From a virus, in IMG/VR virus record IMGVR_UViG_3300005764_000008, positions 1 through 41,221 of that record: a stretch of 41,221 nucleotides of DNA, one strand, 5' to 3'. Numbering within the stretch: the stretch's first letter is position 1; each line of letters starts with the position of its first letter. Positions 34,192 through 40,424 of the stretch are shown piece after piece. The translations under genes were made by a program, and so were the position numbers. The notes below the pieces were generated by a model. It did no database searches. It worked only from the letters and a program-made list of their open reading frames with translations, and was not told the DNA's origin.

Positions 34192-35760
34192 TTACGTCTC
34201 CACCTGTGGCGCATACTCGGCTGGCATCATCCCGAACGACCACGCCACCGCGTCATGTGCCGTCGGCATTGTCGGCGGCACCCGCAGCATGTAGTGCTTG
34301 AACGACCCGTCGGCCTCTGGCGTGCTATTGCGCACCTTCACCATCACCAGCGGCTCGTCGCCCTCAAGTTCCACGCGGTAGAGCGTGCCGAACGCGTCCG
34401 CGGAGATTGGAGTCGCTCCGCTGTCCGCAAAAAACCGCTCAAAGCCGTAGCGCTCGAGCATGACCCGCCGCACTTCGGCATTCGCTTCCTGCTGAATCTG
34501 CCCGACCGTGAGTCGCTCCGGATGGAGGATGAGCCACGCGGGTACGCGCGTGCCGTGCCACGCCCACAGCGCGGTGCCATCGCGCCAGGCGCAGAAGGGA
34601 CCGTCTTCGCAGTGTGGTCGGTTTTGCGCATCCACCATGAGTCGCACGGGCCGGTCGCTCACCATACAAAATTTTTCGTGCATGATGCGCGGGCCGCCAT
34701 GCTGGGCCGCAGCTTCGTAGTGCTGCCACTTGGAATACTCCAGATCGAGATGGGCAACATGGCGAAAGAAGGACAAGAAGGCTGGCGCACCGGACCATTG
34801 GTTGCCACCATCCCACATGTTATAAGCATGTGAAGCGCAGTCGAGAAGGAAGGTTACGTTGGCTGGAGCGAACGCGGCGGCGATGCTTCGCATGTCGGCG
34901 GGAGAGATTCCGCTAAACCAATCGCTCAGCGTTGGATTGAAAGCATCCCTCGTCGCGGCCCGCGTCGCGTCACTCGTCGCGTCCCACGTCGCGGCCCTCG
35001 TTGCGTCCCACGTTGCGTCCCACGTTGCGTTCCCCGTCGCGTCACTCGTCGCGTCCCCCGTCGCGTCCCCCGTCGCGGCCATCGTCGCGGCCCGCGTCGC
35101 GTTCCCCGTCCCGGCCAACGTCGCGTCCCACGTCGCGGCCTCCGTCGCGGCCCACGTCGCGTCCGTCGTCGCGTCCCTCGTCCCGGCCAACGTCGCGGCC
35201 CACGTCGCGGCCGTCGTCGCGTCCCTCGTCCCGGCCCGCGTCGCGTCACTCGTCGCGTCCCGCGTCGCGTTCCCCGTCCCGGCCATCGTCGCGGCCCGCG
35301 TCGCGTTCCCCGTCCCGGCCAACGTCGCGGCCCACGTCGCGGCCTCCGTCGCGTCCCACGTCGCGTCCCCCGTCGCGGCCATCGTCGCGGCCCGCGTCGC
35401 GTTCCCCGTCCCGGCCAACGTCGCGGCCCACGTCGCGGTCTCCGTCGCGTCCATCGTCGCGGCCCGCGTCGCGTCACTCGTCGCATCCCTCGTCGGACAC
35501 TTGTTCGAGAGATGCCACAGCCCAGCCGCAAAGCCGCCGGCAAACCGCAAGACAAACGGCGACGGCACGAACACGATGCGAGCGTCAGGCGGCGGTTCCA
35601 GCTTCGCCGCCCGATACAATCCACGAACTGCCACGCGCATCGCCTCGCGATCGGTCTCCATCATTGGCGCCGTGCTCATCGCATTCGCAATCCAACGCTG
35701 CGCCCACGGCTCTAATTGCGCGCGATGCTCAGGCGTCAGTTCATACTTTTTCTTGGTCAT
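34192..35760 (-). CDS. Tetrapeptide-repeat protein: N-domain + ~45 x (x-x-A-T) + conserved C-domain of unknown function (DUF6745-like from memory)
   Basis: Residues 91-270 form an unbroken 4-aa repeat. The C-domain contains WHGTRVPAWLI...QQEANAEVRRVMLERYGFERF. The N-domain contains LEPWAQRWIANAMSTAP...IVFVPSPF. Confidence 0.8.
   Translation of the reverse strand: MTKKKYELTPEHRAQLEPWAQRWIANAMSTAPMMETDREAMRVAVRGLYRAAKLEPPPDARIVFVPSPFVLRFAGGFAAGLWHLSNKCPTRDATSDATRAATMDATETATWAATLAGTGNATRAATMAATGDATWDATEAATWAATLAGTGNATRAATMAGTGNATRDATSDATRAGTRDATTAATWAATLAGTRDATTDATWAATEAATWDATLAGTGNATRAATMAATGDATGDATSDATGNATWDATWDATRAATWDATSDATRAATRDAFNPTLSDWFSGISPADMRSIAAAFAPANVTFLLDCASHAYNMWDGGNQWSGAPAFLSFFRHVAHLDLEYSKWQHYEAAAQHGGPRIMHEKFCMVSDRPVRLMVDAQNRPHCEDGPFCAWRDGTALWAWHGTRVPAWLILHPERLTVGQIQQEANAEVRRVMLERYGFERFFADSGATPISADAFGTLYRVELEGDEPLVMVKVRNSTPEADGSFKHYMLRVPPTMPTAHDAVAWSFGMMPAEYAPQVET
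34939..35490 (-). repeat. 12-nt tandem repeat array (~46 units) lying in frame within the coding sequence
   Basis: On the coding strand each unit is NNN-GNC-GCG-ACG. Near-identical 72-nt higher-order blocks recur. Every listed alternative frame across it is open, which is an artefact of the periodicity. Confidence 0.9.
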
Positions 35761-35766
35761 GAGTGT

Positions 35767-36105
35767 TCAGTCCTGCACGTTGCGAATCGCCTCGGGCGTA
35801 TATTCCCGCTGGCGAATCACTTCAAACGTCCCGATCGGCAAGCCGATACGGCCATGTTCCTCATGCACGAGGGCGGCAGGCCGCGAGACGACCAGCAAGC
35901 GCGTCCCGTCCGGCTCCTGGAAGAGTTGCATGGCTGGCACCGGATCGGCGTTGTCGACGGCGGCGATGACCTCGTGTGCATGGCCTGTGACTTCGCCATA
36001 GGCGAGAATCACGCGGCCTGCGTCCGTCACCGTCTTTGCTTGCGCACTCGGCTGCTTTGTCGTCGCGCGAATCGCCACATCGCCTTGTCGCCAGATGCTG
36101 TTCAT
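35767..36105 (-). CDS. Hypothetical conserved phage protein (small beta-barrel/cupin-like pattern)
   Basis: GAGGAG lies 7 nt upstream of ATG 36105. Contains GDVAI...RVILAYGEVTGHAHE...LVHEEHGRIGLPIGTFEVIRQREY. Confidence 0.65.
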   Translation of the reverse strand: MNSIWRQGDVAIRATTKQPSAQAKTVTDAGRVILAYGEVTGHAHEVIAAVDNADPVPAMQLFQEPDGTRLLVVSRPAALVHEEHGRIGLPIGTFEVIRQREYTPEAIRNVQD

Positions 36106-36107
36106 AA

Positions 36108-36485
36108 TTACCACTCCTCTTTGCTCTGTATTTGTGGTTGCCGTGTTGGAGTCGCGCCGCTCCGAATCCGCGCCGCCCAGCCACGTGCCCGCTGCGCATC
36201 CAGCAGATTGTAGGTCTGTTTCTTCGCGTCTTCTTCCTTTGAGGCAAAATAATCGAACCGTTCCGCAAGCAGGTCCAGATATTCCGCAGGGCACTCGCTG
36301 AAGTGCCGCCCTTTCATCGGCTCGCCATGCCAGTCGCGCGGGTCTTTCTGGCGCACGGTCGGATCGCCGTATTTCCCGTCGAGGTCGACCGCCGAGGGTG
36401 CAGTTGACGTCGGCTTACGGCGCGCTTCCATCCGCTTCAGCGTGGCGTCGATGGAGCGGAGGATATCGATGACTTCGGCATTCAT
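36108..36485 (-). CDS. Hypothetical conserved phage protein
   Basis: ATG 36485 makes an ATGA overlap with the exonuclease stop (alternative ATG at 36491). Contains DLDGKYGDPTVRQKDPRDWHGEPMKGRHFSECPAEYLDLLA. Confidence 0.6.
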   Translation of the reverse strand: MNAEVIDILRSIDATLKRMEARRKPTSTAPSAVDLDGKYGDPTVRQKDPRDWHGEPMKGRHFSECPAEYLDLLAERFDYFASKEEDAKKQTYNLLDAQRARGWAARIRSGATPTRQPQIQSKEEW

Positions 36486-37045
36486 CGGCATATTTCCTCC
36501 CACACACGTGCACAGAGGCGTGCATCTGCCAAGGCGCCATGAGCACCGTCAATTGATAAGCCGAAATGTTTCGCCACAGTGCTTAGCTTATAATTCAACG
36601 GCTTCGCGGGTGTCTTGTCGAAGTAAAACAAAACCGCCTGCAATACATCCCGCCAGAGCATCTCGCACGGCATGAACGTCGTCTCACCGAACATCGTCTT
36701 GACCCGCGGCTGGTCGAACGGCACGTTGTAGGCGAACATGCGCGCCACGTCATATGAGCGACCCGTGCGCTTCGATACCATCGGCACCGCACGATACGGC
36801 TGCAACCACTGCGCGAACTGTCGCGCTGCGACATCAGGCCACACCGCTTCACGCCAGCGCTCTGGATCGTAGTGATTCAGCTTCAGCGCTTCCGGATCGC
36901 ATTTGTCCGGATCGAACACAATGCACTGCTCGAACGACGCGAGTTCAACGCGCGTCCCCGAATCGACGGCGACGGCGCCGAGTTCGATCGTTGGATGGTG
37001 CGGCTCGGTGCCGCCGGTTTCGGTGTCGAGATAAATCACAGTCAC
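36482..37045 (-). CDS. DnaQ-like 3'-5' exonuclease (DEDDh)
   Basis: Exo I YLDTETGG, Exo II AYNVPFDQ and Exo III HGALADARL. Confidence 0.85.
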   Translation of the reverse strand: MTVIYLDTETGGTEPHHPTIELGAVAVDSGTRVELASFEQCIVFDPDKCDPEALKLNHYDPERWREAVWPDVAARQFAQWLQPYRAVPMVSKRTGRSYDVARMFAYNVPFDQPRVKTMFGETTFMPCEMLWRDVLQAVLFYFDKTPAKPLNYKLSTVAKHFGLSIDGAHGALADARLCARVWEEICR

Positions 37046-37048
37046 TAG

Positions 37049-38521
37049 CTACTCCATCTCCTCAGGTGCATACAGCCCCGACACGACATCCGGATACACC
37101 AGCCGCGCCAGCTTCGACGACGCCCGAGCCACGCACATGTCGGCCGGATTCTTGCGCCAGCCCGACCGCTGCCAGCGCTTGTCGGATTCGGGGTCGTTTT
37201 CGATGTAGCCGAACGCGCGACGGCCTTCCTCGACCGTGAACGACAGCCGCATCTCCGGATCGTTACCGCGTTGCGTGGCGAAGGTTGCCCGCGTGTCGGT
37301 CCGCTCGATGCAGCGGAAATACCGCGCTTTGCCTGACGTCAGCACGAGCGATTGAATCGTCCCGGCCGAAAGCGTCGGCTTACCTTCGATGATGTGAAAC
37401 GCCCGAAGCGCGGCCATTGCCGGAATGCCGAGTTCCCGACCGGCCAGCACCGTCGCGAGGACCGCTTGCGGCGTGCCGTAGGCGGCAAAGAGGCGCGAAT
37501 CAAACATCCGCTGCGCCAGCTTGACGGCTTCGTCCATGTTGCGCGGCTCAAGCTGCTGCGTGTAGTCGACTGGGATGAGTTGTCCCGAAGTCCCCTCGTT
37601 CGGGACCGACGAGTGAAGATCGCCCGCGGCTGGCGCAACAGCCTGCCCGCCGGAAGGCATCGGCGGTTCGGGCGACGGGAGCGGAGTCGGATCCGGTTCT
37701 GGGTCAGCCATCGGCGCTACGGTGCGCTCGACGGCAATCTCGGCGAACGGAATCGGCGCGTCGGCCTTCAGCGTGACCAGCTGTCGCGTCAGCGGCCAGC
37801 GGTCACGGAATTCCATCAGCGCCGTTCGGCGCGCGGGCGTGACGCCTGGCACGACGCCGTTCTTCATCTTGGCATAGAGCGCGTCCAGCGAGCCGTGCTC
37901 TTTCAGCAGCTGCGCCGCAATCACGCCGCCGATGCCTTTCGCGCCATCGATGTTATCGCTCGTGTCGCCGACGAGGCAGAGATAGTCGATGAACTGCGCC
38001 GCAGTGATGCCGAACTTAGCGGTGACGGCCTCGGCGTCGAAGGTATCGCCGTTCGTCAGCTTCTTGACCCGCACACGGTCGTTCACGAGCTGCAGGAGGT
38101 CTTTATCGGCGCTCGCAATCAGCACCGTCGTGCCGTCAATCGCCAGCGCTTCTTTCGTCGCCGTCGCGATAATGTCGTCGGCCTCGTAGCCCAGCGATGA
38201 CCAGATCGCGAAGCCGTCGGCTTTCAACGTCTCGCACGCCAGCCGAATCTGATGGAGCAACGGCTCGAGCTTCTCCGGCCGGTTCGCCTTGTAGCCGCGG
38301 TATTTCCCATCGCCGATCGCTTCGCGCGGGCTGAGATCGTGACGGAAGGACTTCCCACTGTCGCAGCAGATCGCCGCGTGCGCGTGGTCGGCGGCGAGCG
38401 TGCGCACGCGTGTAATCGTCTGGCGGCTGACGTAATCCTGGTCGGGCTCGTTGCCGGACATATGCCAGATGGGATAGGCCAGCGAACTGAGGTCAATCAA
38501 GAGAAGTTCAGTCGTATTCAT
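37049..38521 (-). CDS. 5'-3' exonuclease (FEN / Pol I N-terminal type) fused via a Pro-rich linker to a RecT-like annealase-type C-domain (C-domain call tentative)
   Basis: FEN motifs: LLIDLSSLAY, CCDSGKSFRHD...YKANR, YEADDIIAT, ASADKDLLQLV and LVGDTSDNIDGAKGIGG. Linker PEPDPTPLPSPEPPMP. C-domain GIPAMAALRAFHIIEGKPTLS...NPADMCVARASSKLARLVYPDVVSGLY. Confidence 0.8.
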   Translation of the reverse strand: MNTTELLLIDLSSLAYPIWHMSGNEPDQDYVSRQTITRVRTLAADHAHAAICCDSGKSFRHDLSPREAIGDGKYRGYKANRPEKLEPLLHQIRLACETLKADGFAIWSSLGYEADDIIATATKEALAIDGTTVLIASADKDLLQLVNDRVRVKKLTNGDTFDAEAVTAKFGITAAQFIDYLCLVGDTSDNIDGAKGIGGVIAAQLLKEHGSLDALYAKMKNGVVPGVTPARRTALMEFRDRWPLTRQLVTLKADAPIPFAEIAVERTVAPMADPEPDPTPLPSPEPPMPSGGQAVAPAAGDLHSSVPNEGTSGQLIPVDYTQQLEPRNMDEAVKLAQRMFDSRLFAAYGTPQAVLATVLAGRELGIPAMAALRAFHIIEGKPTLSAGTIQSLVLTSGKARYFRCIERTDTRATFATQRGNDPEMRLSFTVEEGRRAFGYIENDPESDKRWQRSGWRKNPADMCVARASSKLARLVYPDVVSGLYAPEEME

Positions 38522-38526
38522 TTGCT

Positions 38527-38544
38527 GTTCTCCTTCGGAAGAAC
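38527..38544 (-). promoter_or_regulatory. Hairpin sequestering the Shine-Dalgarno sequence of the exonuclease-fusion gene
   Basis: The minus-strand RNA GUUCUUC-CGAA-GGAGAAC forms a 7-bp stem (one G-U pair). The 3' arm contains the GGAG of the SD, just upstream of AUG 38521. Confidence 0.4.
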
Positions 38545-38559
38545 GGTTGCGATTCCATC

Positions 38560-38652
38560 GAAAGAAACGCCGTCTGAGTTTTCTCCTCTCGCCGATGGGC
38601 GAGCGTGCCGGCTTGAGATCCGGTCAGCCTTTCCTCTGCCAGCGTTTCTTTC
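38560..38652 (-). ncRNA. Structured leader element: an 11-bp closing stem around internal hairpins
   Basis: GAAAGAAACGC (38560-38570) is the exact reverse complement of GCGTTTCTTTC (38642-38652). Inside are CTCGCC-GATG-GGCGAG (38588-38603) and a CCGG...CCGG hairpin. Confidence 0.35.
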
Positions 38653-38730
38653 CATGAAACGGCGCCGATGTCTCCCCGCCTCGGCACCCACAGCGGCGAA
38701 GGATGCGCGACCCGCCGCGCAACCGGAGAT

Positions 38731-38913
38731 CTACGCCTCGGGCTGGGACTCGGCCGGCAGTCCGCGCTTCTTGCGGGGACGGCCACGCTTCGGCGGCGCA
38801 CTCGCCTCCGCCTGCGGGGCGATGCCGAGGAGATAGTCACGCATGCGCTGCAGTTCCGCGATCTCGCCGTTGATTTTGGTGATCGCCGCGTCGAGCCCTG
38901 ACGTCTTTGCCAT
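38731..38913 (-). CDS. Small coiled-coil protein with a C-terminal AT-hook-like KRGRPRKKRG
   Basis: GGAGGA lies 5 nt upstream of ATG 38913. Translation begins MAKTSGLDAAITKINGEIAELQRMRDYLLG. Confidence 0.55.
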   Translation of the reverse strand: MAKTSGLDAAITKINGEIAELQRMRDYLLGIAPQAEASAPPKRGRPRKKRGLPAESQPEA

Positions 38914-39049
38914 GTATCCTCCGTTTCCGTTGCCACTCAAGTGCCCACAGGGCGAGAATGCGCCGGCGGGCTGGTTCCTCTTGCAGGTCCGCGAGTCGAT
39001 GTCGAATGTCCCCGATGCTGCACGGCGGGCCGTCGTTCGGCCAGGTCAT
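38837..39049 (-). CDS. Hypothetical protein; its 3' end overlaps the next gene
   Basis: ATGA overlap with the upstream stop. Translation begins MTWPNDGPPCSIGDIRHRLADLQEE. The 77-nt overlap with the 38913 gene makes the true end uncertain. Confidence 0.4.
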   Translation of the reverse strand: MTWPNDGPPCSIGDIRHRLADLQEEPARRRILALWALEWQRKRRIHGKDVRARRGDHQNQRRDRGTAAHA

Positions 39050-39228
39050 CGCTGCAGCTTCGCCCACTGCTCGCGGCACTTCGGTTTCCCGCACGTCGGG
39101 TCACCAAAACTCGGCGCGTCCAGCTTTTCGCGCCCGCAGATGTAGCAGCGAGCCGGTTCCTCTCGACGCGATCCCGTGCTGGGAAGCGGCCAGTCGCGTT
39201 CATCTCGGCCTTGCTTGGCGTCAGTCAC
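39046..39228 (-). CDS. Small Zn-ribbon protein
   Basis: GTG start. Contains CYICG...(x12)...CGKPKC. Confidence 0.5.
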   Translation of the reverse strand: MTDAKQGRDERDWPLPSTGSRREEPARCYICGREKLDAPSFGDPTCGKPKCREQWAKLQR

Positions 39229-39505
39229 GGTTCACCTCTTCGGATGTGCTCTGCGCCCGTTCGATGCGGCACATCTCGCAGTCGCAGTCACCCGCGTGGA
39301 TGCCGTCGTCCTCGACGCTGAAATCCATGAGTTCGCAGTCGCAGTCGCCTTCGAATTTCTTCAGCAGGGCGAACAACGCCAGTTCCAGCCGCCGCCGATG
39401 CTCGACCGAAATCGCCTGCGCTTCCGTGTAGAAGTCGGGCGAGTCGGGATCGTCTGTGAGCGCGAACTTTGATGACACCTCGAAGCGATAGGTGATGGTC
39501 TTCAT
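39221..39505 (-). CDS. Small acidic protein with a duplicated GDCDCE motif
   Basis: ATGA overlap with the upstream stop. Contains FEGDCDCELMDFSVEDDGIHAGDCDCEMC. Confidence 0.55.
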   Translation of the reverse strand: MKTITYRFEVSSKFALTDDPDSPDFYTEAQAISVEHRRRLELALFALLKKFEGDCDCELMDFSVEDDGIHAGDCDCEMCRIERAQSTSEEVNRD

Positions 39506-39753
39506 CGTCCAACCTTCAGCGTCTTGGCGCGCAGTTGCTTTCGCACCGCGTAGGGCGGCACCATCATCGTCAGCGCCGGACGAACCAGCCGCACGACATC
39601 GGTGGAGACGCCAGCCGCATCGGCCAGCGTCCACAGCCGCTGCTGTTCGATGTCCCAGTTCGCGTAGGTGATGCGCTTGGTGAGGTAGAGGTCGCAATTC
39701 GCCTGGATAGCGGATGCGATCAGTTCGGCGCGGTGCGGGTTGCCGGTCTGCAT
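39502..39753 (-). CDS. First gene of the early block; possible DNA-binding regulator (HTH-like LADAAGVSTDVVRLV)
   Basis: GAAGGAGG lies 5 nt upstream of ATG 39753, downstream of the TTGACA-N17-TAAGCT promoter. Confidence 0.6.
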   Translation of the reverse strand: MQTGNPHRAELIASAIQANCDLYLTKRITYANWDIEQQRLWTLADAAGVSTDVVRLVRPALTMMVPPYAVRKQLRAKTLKVGR

Positions 39754-39783
39754 GCTGGCCTCCTTCGTAGTAACCATGAGGAC

Positions 39784-39812
39784 AGCTTACCGCTTGGGTT
39801 TCTGCTTGTCAA
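39784..39812 (-). promoter_or_regulatory. Sigma70-type promoter for the leftward early block
   Basis: On the minus strand: TTGACA (39812-39807), a 17-nt spacer, then TAAGCT (39789-39784). This lies about 30 nt upstream of the strong SD/ATG at 39753. Confidence 0.5.
39787..39800. promoter_or_regulatory. Operator-like 14-mer TTACCGCTTGGGTT, copy 1
   Basis: 13/14 identical to 39942-39955. It overlaps the -10 and spacer of the leftward promoter. Confidence 0.35.
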
Positions 39813-39930
39813 CACCTTTTTTCGGCCGACCGCCTTTTTTCCCGTTTTCCCTCGCAGCGGCCCGTTTGAGGGCACTTTTCGCCAATCCGCCCCGTCTGCC
39901 GGCTTCCGCTACGGTCATGGACATTTTCAT
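39787..39930 (-). CDS. Doubtful 47-aa basic ORF (KGG/AT-hook-like GGRPKKG)
   Basis: No SD. The ORF contains the promoter above and A/T runs. Either a real small basic protein or non-coding control DNA. Confidence 0.25.
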   Translation of the reverse strand: MKMSMTVAEAGRRGGLAKSALKRAAARENGKKGGRPKKGVDKQKPKR

Positions 39931-39935
39931 GGGGA

Positions 39936-39965
39936 TTGACTTTACCGCTTCGGTTGTGGCAATGT
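39936..39965 (+). promoter_or_regulatory. Candidate rightward promoter (good -35, weak -10); it would yield a leaderless or near-leaderless mRNA
   Basis: TTGACT at 39936-39941, and 18 nt later CAATGT at 39960-39965. The ATG at 39973 has no SD. Confidence 0.25.
39942..39955. promoter_or_regulatory. Operator-like 14-mer TTACCGCTTCGGTT, copy 2
   Basis: Sits in the spacer of the candidate rightward promoter, directly after TTGACT. Confidence 0.35.
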
Positions 39966-39972
39966 CAAGCGC

Positions 39973-40248
39973 ATGGACAAACAGAACGACGGCGGGCCGG
40001 CATTTCCGCAAAGCGTGAGCGCTGACCACATGGGAACGGTGACCTGTTCCTATGATTTCGAGAATGGGAGCGGCATGTCCCTCCGCGACTACTTCGCGGC
40101 GCAGGCATTGGTGCTCTCTTCCGATGCTTCCATCATGGGGCTTCTCGCCAAACAAGCAAAGGATGACGACCTTGCGCTAGTGATCGCTGCTGGTGCTTAT
40201 CAAATCGCCGACGCCATGCTCCGCACCCGCGCTGGAGCATCCAAATGA
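39973..40248 (+). CDS. Conserved phage hypothetical protein (GGPAFP motif family)
   Basis: DGGPAFPQ ... GMSLRDYFAAQAL are hallmark motifs of a widespread prophage protein of unknown function. Confidence 0.65.
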   Translation: MDKQNDGGPAFPQSVSADHMGTVTCSYDFENGSGMSLRDYFAAQALVLSSDASIMGLLAKQAKDDDLALVIAAGAYQIADAMLRTRAGASK

Positions 40249-40424
40249 CCCTCAAAGACACCGCCCTCGCCTCCGCCCTCGCCGACCGCGCCATCTATCG
40301 CACGATGGCCCAAGCCGCAATGGATCAGCTCCATGCGGCGAACCTCACGATTCAGCGCCAGCGAGACCAGATCGCCGATCTCCGCGAACAAATTGCGCGG
40401 TATGGACGGGAGCAGTTCAAGTGA
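40245..40424 (+). CDS. Small coiled-coil protein (59 aa)
   Basis: ATGA overlap upstream and GTGA overlap with the helicase start. Confidence 0.45.
   Translation: MTLKDTALASALADRAIYRTMAQAAMDQLHAANLTIQRQRDQIADLREQIARYGREQFK

Noticed and set aside
34939-35490. Could the regular short-repeat array be a CRISPR array or a non-coding satellite?
   Set aside because: The units are 12 nt with no unique spacers. They are in frame for 45 units and continuous with flanking coding sequence. No leader or cas genes are present.
34859-36001. Plus-strand and alternative-frame ORFs running through the 12-nt repeat array (34859-36001 +, 35001-35762 +, 34926-35624 -, 35246-35431 -).
   Set aside because: The strict 12-nt periodicity keeps every listed alternative frame free of stops. 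Only the minus-strand frame joins recognisable N and C domains and has proper start/stop coupling with its neighbours.
38518-38655. A 45-codon ORF (MERNAGRGKADR...) in the leader of the exonuclease-fusion gene, ending in an ATGA overlap.
   Set aside because: It has no SD, its composition is unremarkable, and it coincides with the strongest RNA pairings. I kept it as an alternative in the leader finding rather than as a gene call.
33044-39753. A lysogeny module (integrase, CI-like repressor, excisionase) in the leftward block.
   Set aside because: I read no tyrosine or serine recombinase motifs and no clear CI/Cro pair. Only one weak HTH-like segment is present (39502-39753). The lifestyle is therefore left unassigned.
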